Positions 9,130 to 17,659 are shown, counted from the first letter of the stretch. The stretch: 32,000 nt of DNA from Zymomonas mobilis subsp. mobilis ATCC 10988 (GCF_000175255.2 NC_017262.1:90001-122000), one strand, 5' to 3'. Made by a program: numbers and translations. Notes: generated from the letters alone by a model not told the origin.

Positions 9130-9618
9130 ATGAAAAAATATCTTATCTGCTGCTTGCCGCTTCTGGTTGCCGCAGCACCAGCTCCATCATCGGACAAGCT
9201 CAAGACTGGCCAATGGGAAGAATCCGTTCAGAATATGACCATGCAGATGGACGGAAAAACGCTTCCTAAGGATAAAACGGATACCGCGTTGCACTGCGTG
9301 ACGGATAAAGACAATGATCCACGGGTTGTTTTTGCCAACACGCCGGAACATTGCAAAAACGCCCAGCTTGATATCAAAAACGGTAATTTCACCGTCAAGC
9401 AGGAATGCACCCCTGAATCCCACGTGCCTTTCCGTGAAATGACCGTAAAGGGTAGCTATACTCCAACCAGCTATAAAATGTCTTATAACATTGTCAGCGG
9501 AACGGCCGAACATCCGATGACCATGTCGGCTGATGTCTCGGCTCATTATGTCGGTGCTTGCCCTGTTCCGACGGAAGCCCCTGCGGCTTCTGCTCCCTCT
9601 GCTGCCACCCCGAAATAA
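9130..9618 (+). CDS. Secreted 4-Cys protein, paralog 1 of 3 (DUF3617-like)
   Basis: GAGGGGG RBS and a Sec-type signal peptide (MKKYLICCLPLLVAAAPAP). The G-Q-W-E motif follows directly after the signal. Four spaced Cys are shared with the two downstream paralogs. It has an Ala/Pro-rich C-terminal tail. The DUF3617 call is from memory of that family's G-x-W-E start and was not verified. Confidence 0.7.
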   Translation: MKKYLICCLPLLVAAAPAPSSDKLKTGQWEESVQNMTMQMDGKTLPKDKTDTALHCVTDKDNDPRVVFANTPEHCKNAQLDIKNGNFTVKQECTPESHVPFREMTVKGSYTPTSYKMSYNIVSGTAEHPMTMSADVSAHYVGACPVPTEAPAASAPSAATPK

Positions 9619-9847
9619 TTGCTTCGATAAAATCTGAAAGCCGGTCAATGGATAGCCTTTGATAAAGGCCGTTGATCGGCTTTTCTATGAGTATCGTTTT
9701 TACGAGGCTCTTACTTGTTGTTTTACCAACGTCAGAGCCTTTTAGAGATTGATGACCAAGATTTCATCCAAGGCCAGCGTTTCCTAAACAATCACCTAAA
9801 TTATAGCCTAATGGCGTTAGGCGTGATGCCTATAAAAGGGATATTCC

Positions 9848-10291
9848 ATGAAAAGGCTTCTGCTTTTTGCGCCTTTTTTACTCGCAGCACACGCCGCCGA
9901 TAGTGATCACCTTGCAGAAGGTCAGTGGGAGTCCCTTTTTCAAATAGAATCTTCTTCTACAGATGGTAAAAAACAGCATCAACAAACCGCGCCTATTTAT
10001 CCGCCATCCCGTTGTGTTAAAGGGAGCGAGACCGCACCTATGGCCTTTTTCTCCCATCCAGAAGACCCAGACTGTAAGACCGTTTCATTAAAAGCGGAAA
10101 AAGGCAAAATCAGGCTGACCCGCCTTTGTCAATCTGCGAGTAATCCGATGGCGACAATCGAGGCGAAAGGCCATTACGACCCACATCATTACTCTATGAC
10201 CTTTTTGATGTGGAATATGTTTGATGGTGTTAGAATAGCTGTAAAAGGCCATATTACTGGCTCTCATCAAGGCTTATGCCCATCCCAATAA
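9848..10291 (+). CDS. Secreted 4-Cys protein, paralog 2 of 3 (DUF3617-like)
   Basis: Signal peptide MKRLLLFAPFLLAAHA and motif EGQWES. Conserved blocks RCVK, PMAFF, EDPDC, TIEAKG, YSM and GLCP are shared with paralog 3. Confidence 0.7.
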   Translation: MKRLLLFAPFLLAAHAADSDHLAEGQWESLFQIESSSTDGKKQHQQTAPIYPPSRCVKGSETAPMAFFSHPEDPDCKTVSLKAEKGKIRLTRLCQSASNPMATIEAKGHYDPHHYSMTFLMWNMFDGVRIAVKGHITGSHQGLCPSQ

Positions 10292-10580
10292 GACGCAATA
10301 ATTCAGATTGGCCGAGGCTATTCCTTTTAATTCATGCTTAAAACAAGAATGTCTAAGCGACGAGCTACGCTTCAATAAGCCTTGTTGAGCTTGGCCTCAC
10401 GATAAAAGCCGCTCAAACCGCTCTTGTATTCCTCAATCCTGATGATAACGGGATGCCTAATTGGCACAAAAATAACGCTGCCTTCAGGCAGAATCTTGCT
10501 AAACAGCCTTTAAAATTTTGTGTTCTTGCCTGACTTTGCTTTAACAAGGGCAATTCAAAGACGCTAAAGGAAGTATCTCC

Positions 10581-11069
10581 GTGAAAAGACTCTGGCTGCT
10601 CTCTTGGCCATTACTGCTGGCCGCTGCACCCGCTGATAATGATTATCTTGCCGCCGGACAGTGGCAGTCCTCTATTCAGATCGAAGGTGCCAGCCTTGAC
10701 GGGAAAGAATTGCCAGTCAAAGAACGCCCGACATTACAGCCGCCACGCTGCGTCAAAAATACCGAAAATAAACCGATGACCTTCTTTGCCTATTCGGAAG
10801 ACCCCGAATGCCAGACTTTATCGCTTAATGCCGGAAAAGGGCAGGTGACTATGTCGGGTGTTTGTCAGAAAAATGGTAAAAATCTGACCACCATTGAAGC
10901 CAAAGGCGACTATCACCTCCGCGATTATTCTATGGCCTATATTATGCGAAGTGAAGAAAACGGCCATAAATTAGAAGTCCGTGGACATATGTCTGGGCAT
11001 TCTATCGGCTTATGCCCTGCCAAAGATAGCAATGCCGATGATATCACCTTGGGGAACAAAAACCACTAA
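10581..11069 (+). CDS. Secreted 4-Cys protein, paralog 3 of 3 (DUF3617-like)
   Basis: GTG start preceded by AAGGAAG. Signal peptide MKRLWLLSWPLLLAAAPA and motif AGQWQS. It carries the same conserved blocks as paralog 2, at roughly 45 percent identity by eye. Confidence 0.7.
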   Translation: MKRLWLLSWPLLLAAAPADNDYLAAGQWQSSIQIEGASLDGKELPVKERPTLQPPRCVKNTENKPMTFFAYSEDPECQTLSLNAGKGQVTMSGVCQKNGKNLTTIEAKGDYHLRDYSMAYIMRSEENGHKLEVRGHMSGHSIGLCPAKDSNADDITLGNKNH

Positions 11070-11517
11070 TACGGGTGTTCGTTTGGCGATAAGACTATTT
11101 AGCAATCATAGGCTTCCGTCATAACCGCTAAAATCATAGCAGGGATCGACCTTACGGGCTTCTTCCATGCCTTTTTTTGATAGCAAGGCATTTGTCGGGG
11201 CATATCGGGGCAAAATATATCCCGATCACAAGGGGCGATCCTTGTAGGACAGATATGCCTAAAACCATAATGACGACAGGCGTAAAATCCTAAAGACTTT
11301 CCGTTTCCGATATCTGATTTATCATTTTTTCTGACAGGTAGTTGCTGCGTCCAATTCGCTGATTTCAGGATTGGAGTCAGGTCAGGGTATAACCCTATAA
11401 CGATAGCTACGGGATAGAACGCTTATCATCAGCTTCTATTTTGGTGGCAGATTCCTGTCGCAGGGAAAGATAGTGCAGAAGCTATCTTGACCATATCTCT
11501 GTCATGATAGCACTCCG

Positions 11518-11625
11518 TGCCAGATGCCAGATGCCAGATGCCAGATGCCAGATGCCAGATGCCAGATGCCAGATGCCAGATGCCAGATGCCAGATGCCAG
11601 ATGCCAGATGCCAGATGCCAGATGC
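11518..11625. repeat. Perfect heptanucleotide microsatellite (TGCCAGA) x15 plus TGC
   Basis: Counted directly: 15 uninterrupted identical 7-bp units span 11518-11622, followed by a partial unit TGC. The location is intergenic. Confidence 0.98.
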
Positions 11626-11710
11626 TCGAACTATATCTGGCAAAATCCTCTCACAGAAAAAAGGCATCACCCCTCAATCGCAGACCCGAAATAGATCTGA
11701 CGCAGACATT

Positions 11711-11745
11711 AAAAAAGGCCAATGGAAACCCATTAGGCCTTTTTT
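11711..11745. terminator. Bidirectional rho-independent terminator downstream of rpmJ
   Basis: A6, then GGCCAATGG, loop AAAC, CCATTAGGCC (9-bp stem with one bulge), then T6. It begins 42 bp beyond the rpmJ stop on the - strand. Confidence 0.75.
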
Positions 11746-11786
11746 ATTCTATCAGGAAAGGATCCGGTTAAAACCGGATACCCTTA

Positions 11787-11912
11787 TTAACCCTGACGGG
11801 CTTTAAAGCGGCGAACCGTTTTATTGATGATATAAGTGCGGCCACGCCGGCGAATCACCCGATTGTCGCGATGGCGCCCCTTTAAGGATTTGAGCGAGTT
11901 GCGGATTTTCAT
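11787..11912 (-). CDS. rpmJ: 50S ribosomal protein L36
   Basis: Too short for the ORF track. Hand translation gives [41 protein letters not shown], a 41-aa sequence matching the Cys-less L36 type common in alphaproteobacteria. Confidence 0.9.
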   Translation of the reverse strand: MKIRNSLKSLKGRHRDNRVIRRRGRTYIINKTVRRFKARQG

Positions 11913-12191
11913 GGCCGGACTACCTGCCTTCATCTTAAAAATTGGGAAAGAAAATGAGGCCTCTGCCTATGCGCTGAATTATTATAAGTCAAGGAAAATT
12001 CTGATATATCGGAAATATCCTTGAAAGAAAAATCCGATATCTCTTCATCAAAACAGCCAAAGACCATTGGAATACAGGCTTTTTTCGTTACTTTTTTCAC
12101 GATTACAAAAAAGGCTATAATTCTTTTTTGAAATATTATGATATCCGTTAAAGATCATAGCCACAGCAACCACCCTTCATAACCGGATGGC

Positions 12192-13004
12192 TTGACGGAG
12201 ACTATCTTGAGGCATCTCATCACGATATCACAGCCCGCAATACCGCAAGACGTGACCAATAAAGAGGGTCGCAAGGCAAAAAAACAGCTCCGGTGCAAAG
12301 GCATCTATCCCTTTTTAGGGATGTTTTTCTTTGCGGCGGCGCTCCCGTTACAGGCGACCCAGCCGATAGAAGTCACTCGCTTTCACAAAAGCGATATGGC
12401 TACAACCGGCATCGTCAACATTATGCCTCATGACCCGACCTTACGGAATACGCTGGAATATCAGCGCTACACGGCCAGCATCGCCCGCAATCTCACAAGA
12501 ATCGGTTTCCAAGTCACGGACAACCCGCAACAAGCCGAATATACGATGATGTATGACGTGATGCGGGGAACGCATTACAGAGACAACGGCCAAACGCCCC
12601 CGCGTGATACTCGCCCTCATGGTGGCATCAGCCTTGGCGGTGGTTATGGTGGCGGCGGCGGCTTTGGAGGCGGCGGTGTCGGCTGGGGCGGCGGCGGAAG
12701 CGGTATCAGTATCGGAGGCGGTGGCGGGGGTGGCCGCGGCTTCGGAGGTGGCGGAGGCGGTATCAGTGCCGGTATTTCTGTCCCTGTCGGTAACGGCTAT
12801 CATACCAGCAACAAGGTCGAAACCATTCTAACGGCACAACTCAGCCGCAGGGATACGCATCAGGCTATCTGGGAAGGCCGCGCCCGAACAGAAGCTAAAA
12901 GTAACAAAGCCGAAAGCACGCCCGATATTGCGGTGGACAGATTAGCCACAGCCATGTTCGGCCAGTTTCCCGGTGAATCAGGTGAAACGGAAAAAGTAAA
13001 ATGA
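12192..13004 (+). CDS. Exported DUF4136-like protein with a central poly-glycine insert
   Basis: The hydrophobic signal-like segment is [19 protein letters not shown]. The flanking regions VTRFHKSD...[19 protein letters not shown]...AEYTMMYDV and ...[20 protein letters not shown] resemble the DUF4136 lipoprotein-like fold (from memory). The central region of about 50 aa is almost pure Gly. The true start is uncertain: TTG 12192, GTG 12252 or ATG 12321. Confidence 0.65.
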   Translation: MTETILRHLITISQPAIPQDVTNKEGRKAKKQLRCKGIYPFLGMFFFAAALPLQATQPIEVTRFHKSDMATTGIVNIMPHDPTLRNTLEYQRYTASIARNLTRIGFQVTDNPQQAEYTMMYDVMRGTHYRDNGQTPPRDTRPHGGISLGGGYGGGGGFGGGGVGWGGGGSGISIGGGGGGGRGFGGGGGGISAGISVPVGNGYHTSNKVETILTAQLSRRDTHQAIWEGRARTEAKSNKAESTPDIAVDRLATAMFGQFPGESGETEKVK

Positions 13005-14143
13005 CCCTTCAAATCAATGCCGCCTTTGATGGCGGAAATATCCATGTTGTCGAACAAGACGGAAACCGGATTTATCTGGAAATTATCAAAGATAACCAGT
13101 CGGATTTCTTCCAATGGTTCTATTTCAAGGTAACCGGTGCCAAAGATCAGGCCTTGGAACTGGTTGTCACCAATGCCAGCGATTCCGCCTATCCGGCTGG
13201 CTGGCCTGATTATCAGGCTCGCGTTTCCGAAGACCGCCAAGACTGGCAAATGACAGAAACGGATTATCGCGACGGGATGCTGACCATCCGTTATACGCCG
13301 CGTAGTAATATTGCTTATTTTGCCTATTTCGCCCCTTACTCAATGGAACGACACCATGATCTGATTGCCCGTATGGCTGGCAAGTCAGGGGTCGGTTACG
13401 AAATGTTGGGTAAAAGCCTCGATGGTCAAAGCATGGATTGCCTGACGATGGGGGAAGGGCGGCGCTCTATCTGGTTGATCGCACGGCAACATCCGGGCGA
13501 AACCATGGCTGAATGGTGGATGGAAGGTGCTTTGGAAAGGTTAACCGATGAAAATGACTCGGTTGCGCGCCTGCTTCGCCAAAAAGCCCGCTTTCATATC
13601 ATGCCTAATATGAATCCGGACGGTTCTTGCCGTGGTCATTTGCGGACGAATGCTTGTGGTGCCAATCTCAATCGTGAATGGGCAGAACCCACGGCTGAAC
13701 GCAGCCCCGAAGTGTTGGCCGTTCGCAATCATATGGACAAAACGGGCGTTGATTTTGTCATGGATGTTCATGGCGATGAAGCTATTCCGCATGTATTCCT
13801 TGCCGGATTTGAAGGGATACCCGATCTCGACAAGGCACAGGATAAATTATTCCGCCGCTACCGGAATAAATTGGCCAAATACACGCCCGATTTTCAACGT
13901 CATTACGGCTATGAAAATGACGAGCCGGGGCAGGCCAATCTAGCCTTGGCGACTAACCAATTAGCCTATCGTTACAAGGCGGTTTCGATGACGCTTGAAA
14001 TGCCTTTCAAAGATCATGACGATATGCCTGATTTGAAAAAAGGCTGGTCACCGGAAAGGTCAAAACAATTAGGCCGCGATTGTCTCGCTATCTTGGCTGA
14101 AATGATTGATCAGCTCCCGATCTCCGGCAAAGATCTCGCGTAA
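13001..14143 (+). CDS. M14-family zinc carboxypeptidase, cytosolic-carboxypeptidase (M14D/CCP)-like, no signal peptide
   Basis: Zn ligands and catalytic residues are present: [10 protein letters not shown] (HxxE), NPDG, DVHGDE and TLEMPF. The N-terminal beta-domain has AFDGGNI (FESGNL-like) and [12 protein letters not shown], both typical of CCP-type M14 enzymes. ATGA overlap with the upstream gene. Confidence 0.88.
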   Translation: MTLQINAAFDGGNIHVVEQDGNRIYLEIIKDNQSDFFQWFYFKVTGAKDQALELVVTNASDSAYPAGWPDYQARVSEDRQDWQMTETDYRDGMLTIRYTPRSNIAYFAYFAPYSMERHHDLIARMAGKSGVGYEMLGKSLDGQSMDCLTMGEGRRSIWLIARQHPGETMAEWWMEGALERLTDENDSVARLLRQKARFHIMPNMNPDGSCRGHLRTNACGANLNREWAEPTAERSPEVLAVRNHMDKTGVDFVMDVHGDEAIPHVFLAGFEGIPDLDKAQDKLFRRYRNKLAKYTPDFQRHYGYENDEPGQANLALATNQLAYRYKAVSMTLEMPFKDHDDMPDLKKGWSPERSKQLGRDCLAILAEMIDQLPISGKDLA

Positions 14144-14392
14144 TAAAACTATCAGGCGCAATCGTAATTTTGCGTCTGATAGAGCTTTTCATAAAGGCTA
14201 TAACCGCTATTGCCAAAAGCGATAGGCCTGCATAATCTGACGGCGAATAATTTTCCTGAAAGATTGGCGGCCATTTTTGCTGACCGCACAGATTGTCAGC
14301 GTTAATTATACATGGCTTCTTTTGTTGATTCGGGAACTGCAAGCGTTTACCGGAACAACACATAACGAAGAGATATTGAAAAGGAGTGGAAT

Positions 14393-15079
14393 ATGCCCAC
14401 GCTCGTTTTGTCCCGTCACGGACAGTCCGAATGGAACCTTGAAAACCGTTTCACCGGTTGGTGGGACGTTAACCTGACTGAACAGGGTGTTCAGGAAGCA
14501 ACGGCCGGTGGTAAAGCTCTGGCTGAAAAGGGTTTTGAATTCGATATCGCTTTCACCAGCGTTCTGACCCGCGCCATCAAAACCACCAATCTTATTCTCG
14601 AAGCCGGTAAAACCCTTTGGGTTCCGACCGAAAAAGATTGGCGTTTGAATGAACGTCACTATGGTGGCCTGACCGGTCTGAACAAGGCTGAAACCGCCGC
14701 TAAACATGGTGAAGAACAGGTTCATATTTGGCGCCGTTCTTATGACGTTCCGCCGCCCCCGATGGAAAAAGGCAGCAAGTTCGATCTGTCTGGCGATCGC
14801 CGTTATGATGGTGTCAAGATTCCTGAAACGGAAAGCCTGAAAGACACCGTTGCTCGCGTGCTGCCTTATTGGGAAGAACGCATTGCCCCTGAACTGAAGG
14901 CTGGCAAGCGCGTCCTGATCGGTGCGCATGGTAACTCACTGCGCGCTCTCGTTAAGCATCTGTCGAAATTGTCGGACGAAGAAATCGTCAAATTCGAATT
15001 GCCCACCGGTCAGCCGTTGGTCTACGAATTGAATGATGATCTGACCCCGAAAGATCGTTACTTCCTTAACGAACGTTAA
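14393..15079 (+). CDS. gpmA: 2,3-bisphosphoglycerate-dependent phosphoglycerate mutase
   Basis: [10 protein letters not shown] (the RHG catalytic motif), a second catalytic His in [10 protein letters not shown], and an AAGGAG RBS. It matches my memory of Z. mobilis pgm. Confidence 0.95.
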   Translation: MPTLVLSRHGQSEWNLENRFTGWWDVNLTEQGVQEATAGGKALAEKGFEFDIAFTSVLTRAIKTTNLILEAGKTLWVPTEKDWRLNERHYGGLTGLNKAETAAKHGEEQVHIWRRSYDVPPPPMEKGSKFDLSGDRRYDGVKIPETESLKDTVARVLPYWEERIAPELKAGKRVLIGAHGNSLRALVKHLSKLSDEEIVKFELPTGQPLVYELNDDLTPKDRYFLNER

Positions 15080-15123
15080 TAGCCTTGGGCTTTTAAAGCC
15101 TTTTGGTTTGTTAACCGTTTTTT

Positions 15124-15145
15124 CGGCCAGAGTTTTCTCTGGCCG
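15124..15145 (+). terminator. GC-rich stem-loop downstream of gpmA (possible terminator or 3' stabiliser)
   Basis: CGGCCAGAG, loop TTTT, CTCTGGCCG gives a 9-bp stem. The T-run precedes the hairpin and an A-run follows it, so it is not a canonical intrinsic terminator in either direction. Confidence 0.45.
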
Positions 15146-15549
15146 AAAATTTATGTCTATCCCTTTATTTTTCTATCCCCATCACCTCGGTTTTGTTGAC
15201 AAAAAAAGGTGGCCACTAAATTAGCTTTCTGCACCGATGGGATGATTTTTATTCTTTGCTATTCTTCGCTCTTTGCCCAAATCATTAAAAGCGGAAATCA
15301 TCACCCAAAGATAGAAGACGCAGCCTTCGCCATTTCAGATTGCCCTTCTCGGGCATTTTCTGCTGCCAGAATCCTCTTAAAAATATTAAATTCCACTCTA
15401 TTGGTAATATATTTCCCTCTTTAGGGAACAAATAAAGCCCTTCTTTGTTCTATAAAAGTTAGCTTACCGATTTCACAAAAAATAATACCGCTTCATTCAA
15501 TCGGTAATACATATCTTTTTTCTTCAAAAAACTTTTCAAGAGGGTGTCT

Positions 15550-16545
15550 ATGCGCGTCGCAATATTCAGTTCCAAAAACTATGACCATCATTCTATTGAA
15601 AAAGAAAATGAACATTATGGCCATGACCTTGTTTTTCTGAATGAGCGGCTTACCAAAGAGACAGCAGAAAAAGCCAAAGACGCAGAAGCTGTTTGTATCT
15701 TTGTGAATGACGAAGCCAATGCCGAAGTGCTGGAAATTTTGGCAGGCTTAGGCATCAAATTGGTTGCTCTTCGTTGCGCCGGTTATAACAATGTCGATCT
15801 CGATGCAGCCAAAAAGCTGAATATCAAGGTTGTGCGCGTGCCTGCCTATTCGCCCTATTCGGTTGCCGAATATGCAGTAGGGATGTTGCTCACCCTGAAT
15901 CGGCAAATTTCACGCGGTTTGAAGCGGGTTCGGGAAAATAACTTCTCCTTGGAAGGTTTGATTGGCCTTGATGTGCATGACAAAACAGTCGGCATTATCG
16001 GTGTTGGTCATATCGGGAGTGTCTTTGCCCATATTATGACCCATGGTTTTGGTGCCAATGTTATCGCCTATAAACCGCATCCAGACCCCGAATTGGCAAA
16101 AAAGGTCGGTTTCCGCTTCACCTCTCTCGATGAAGTGATCGAGACCAGCGACATCATTTCGCTTCACTGTCCGCTCACGCCAGAAAATCATCACATGATT
16201 AACGAAGAAACACTGGCAAGGGCAAAAAAAGGCTTTTACCTCGTCAATACCAGTCGCGGCGGCTTGGTTGATACCAAGGCGGTGATTAAATCGCTGAAAG
16301 CCAAACATCTCGGCGGTTATGCGGCGGATGTTTACGAAGAGGAGGGGCCTTTATTCTTCGAAAATCACGCTGACGATATTATCGAAGATGATATTCTCGA
16401 AAGGTTGATTGCTTTCCCGAATGTGGTTTTCACGGGACATCAGGCCTTTTTGACGAAAGAGGCCTTATCAAACATTGCTCACAGTATTCTACAAGATATC
16501 AGCGATGCCGAAGCTGGAAAAGAAATGCCGGATGCGCTTGTTTAG
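15550..16545 (+). CDS. ddh: D-lactate dehydrogenase (D-isomer-specific 2-hydroxyacid dehydrogenase)
   Basis: MRVAIFSSKNYDHHSIEKENE..., NAD-binding GIIGVGHIG, and catalytic R, E and H in the C-terminal half. I chose ATG 15550 with RBS AAGAGGG over the track's GTG at 15544. Confidence 0.95.
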   Translation: MRVAIFSSKNYDHHSIEKENEHYGHDLVFLNERLTKETAEKAKDAEAVCIFVNDEANAEVLEILAGLGIKLVALRCAGYNNVDLDAAKKLNIKVVRVPAYSPYSVAEYAVGMLLTLNRQISRGLKRVRENNFSLEGLIGLDVHDKTVGIIGVGHIGSVFAHIMTHGFGANVIAYKPHPDPELAKKVGFRFTSLDEVIETSDIISLHCPLTPENHHMINEETLARAKKGFYLVNTSRGGLVDTKAVIKSLKAKHLGGYAADVYEEEGPLFFENHADDIIEDDILERLIAFPNVVFTGHQAFLTKEALSNIAHSILQDISDAEAGKEMPDALV

Positions 16546-16652
16546 TAGACAAGCGACAATTTATCCTTTGAAGATCATAATGATCGAATTTTTGGGTTAA
16601 TTAGGTAGTTATGGCATAGGCTATTACGCGCTAATTGATATCAAAATAAAGG

Positions 16653-16686
16653 CATAGCCGGACATCATACCGGCTATGTTTTTTAT
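16653..16686 (+). terminator. Rho-independent terminator of ddh
   Basis: CATAGCCGG, loop ACATCATA, CCGGCTATG, followed by TTTTTTATT. Confidence 0.8.
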
Positions 16687-16812
16687 TAGGAAAAAATTTC
16701 CTTTCACCTTGCTTAGCCATCGCCGCATTATTTAATCAATATGCCGAGTTTTTCTTGAAATCCCTATCTTATACCAAGGCCAACAAGGGAACCATCCATA
16801 CTCGGTGTCCTA

Positions 16813-17659
16813 GGCTCAGGACCTGTTAATTTCTTGAGTTGAGCGGGCTGTTGTGATTCACAGGTTTACCGATGGAGGTGAAGCTGTGAGTGACGTGTTT
16901 TTGCTGTCTGAGCACCAGATGGAACGGATTAAGCCGTTTTTTCCACTGGCGCATGGTGTGCCGCGTGTCGATGACCGTCGTGTCCTGAGCGGGATCGTTT
17001 ACGTGATCCGCAACGGCCTTCAGTGGAAAGACGCCCCGAAAGCGTATGGCCCGCACAAGACTTTATACAACCGGTTTATCCGGTGGAGCCGCCTGGGTGT
17101 CTTTGACCGGATCTTCGTCGCCCTGACGGAGCAGGCAGGCCGTTCGAAGCGTCTGATGATCGATGCAACACATCTGAAAGCACACCGGACAGCGGCCTCC
17201 CTGCTCAAAAAGGGGCTTTTCCCCGCCATATCGGACGCACGAAAGGCGGACTGAACTCAAAGCTTCACGCTGTATGCGATAGTCAGGGCCGCCCTGTCCG
17301 GCTGCATCTGACCGCAGGTCAGGTCAGTGACTTCAAAGGCGCGGATGTTCTGCTGGCAAATCTGCCGGAAGAAACACAAGAAATTCTCGGGGACCGGGGA
17401 TACGACAGTAATAAAATCAGACAGTCTCTCGCAGACCGGAATATCACCGCCTGTATTCCGCCGAAGAAGAACCGGAAATCAAAGCCGCCTTACGACTGGC
17501 ATCTGTATAAAAAGCGTCACCTCATCGAAAATATGTTCGCAAAGCTCAAAGACTGGCGGCGTGTCGCAACACGATACGACCGGTGCGCTCACACATTCAT
17601 GTCAGCAATCCATATCGCAGCAAGTTTCATCTTCTATCTCAAAGAATGAGTCCTGAGCC
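16813..17659 (+). mobile_element. IS5-family insertion sequence (IS427 group), copy B, 847 bp
   Basis: Same termini (GGCTCAGGAC...GTCCTGAGCC) and same internal ORF proteins as copy A, in inverted orientation. TA lies on both flanks (16811-16812 and 17660-17661) in a CTAA context. It is inserted in the ddh-adhA intergenic region without disrupting a gene. Confidence 0.9.
16853..17649 (+). CDS. IS5/IS427-group DDE transposase, orfA-orfB joined by a probable -1 frameshift
   Basis: orfA is in frame 2 and stops at 17252-17254. orfB is in frame 1 and runs to TGA at 17647-17649, 10 bp from the IS end. The slippery site is CTC AAA AAG GGG at 17204-17215. The fused product would be about 265 aa from the first ATG. 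GTG at 16886, preceded by GGAGG (16874-16878), is the likely real start. Confidence 0.85.

Noticed and set aside
11518-11625. CRISPR array
   Set aside because: The units are 7 bp and directly abut one another with no spacers. There is no leader and there are no cas genes. This is a microsatellite.
11482-11806. ORFs of 62, 84 and 100 aa running through the heptamer array (ASGIWHL or ARCQMPD repeats)
   Set aside because: A 7-bp unit without stop codons is automatically open in several frames, so these ORFs are a by-product of the repeat. They have no RBS and no protein-like sequence outside the repeat.
12003-12041. Inverted repeat ATATCGGA-N20-TCCGATAT in the rpmJ / DUF4136-like divergent region
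   Set aside because: The stem is only 8 bp with a 20-nt loop. It has no flanking U-tract and no match to an operator I know. It could be a regulatory site, but the evidence is too thin.
15196-15224. TTGACA-N17-AAATTA promoter-like sequence between gpmA and ddh
   Set aside because: The -35 hexamer is perfect but the -10 is weak. It lies about 330 bp upstream of ddh in AT-rich DNA where such matches arise by chance. It is not supportable without transcript data.
1822-17659. The two IS copies plus the 14-kb interior as a genuine composite transposon carrying cargo
   Set aside because: The interior is core housekeeping DNA (ccm operon, rpmJ, gpmA, ddh). The left copy sits on a deletion junction rather than a clean insertion. 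The outer flanks share nothing beyond the TA that this IS type always carries. The pair is better viewed as two independent insertions that could recombine.
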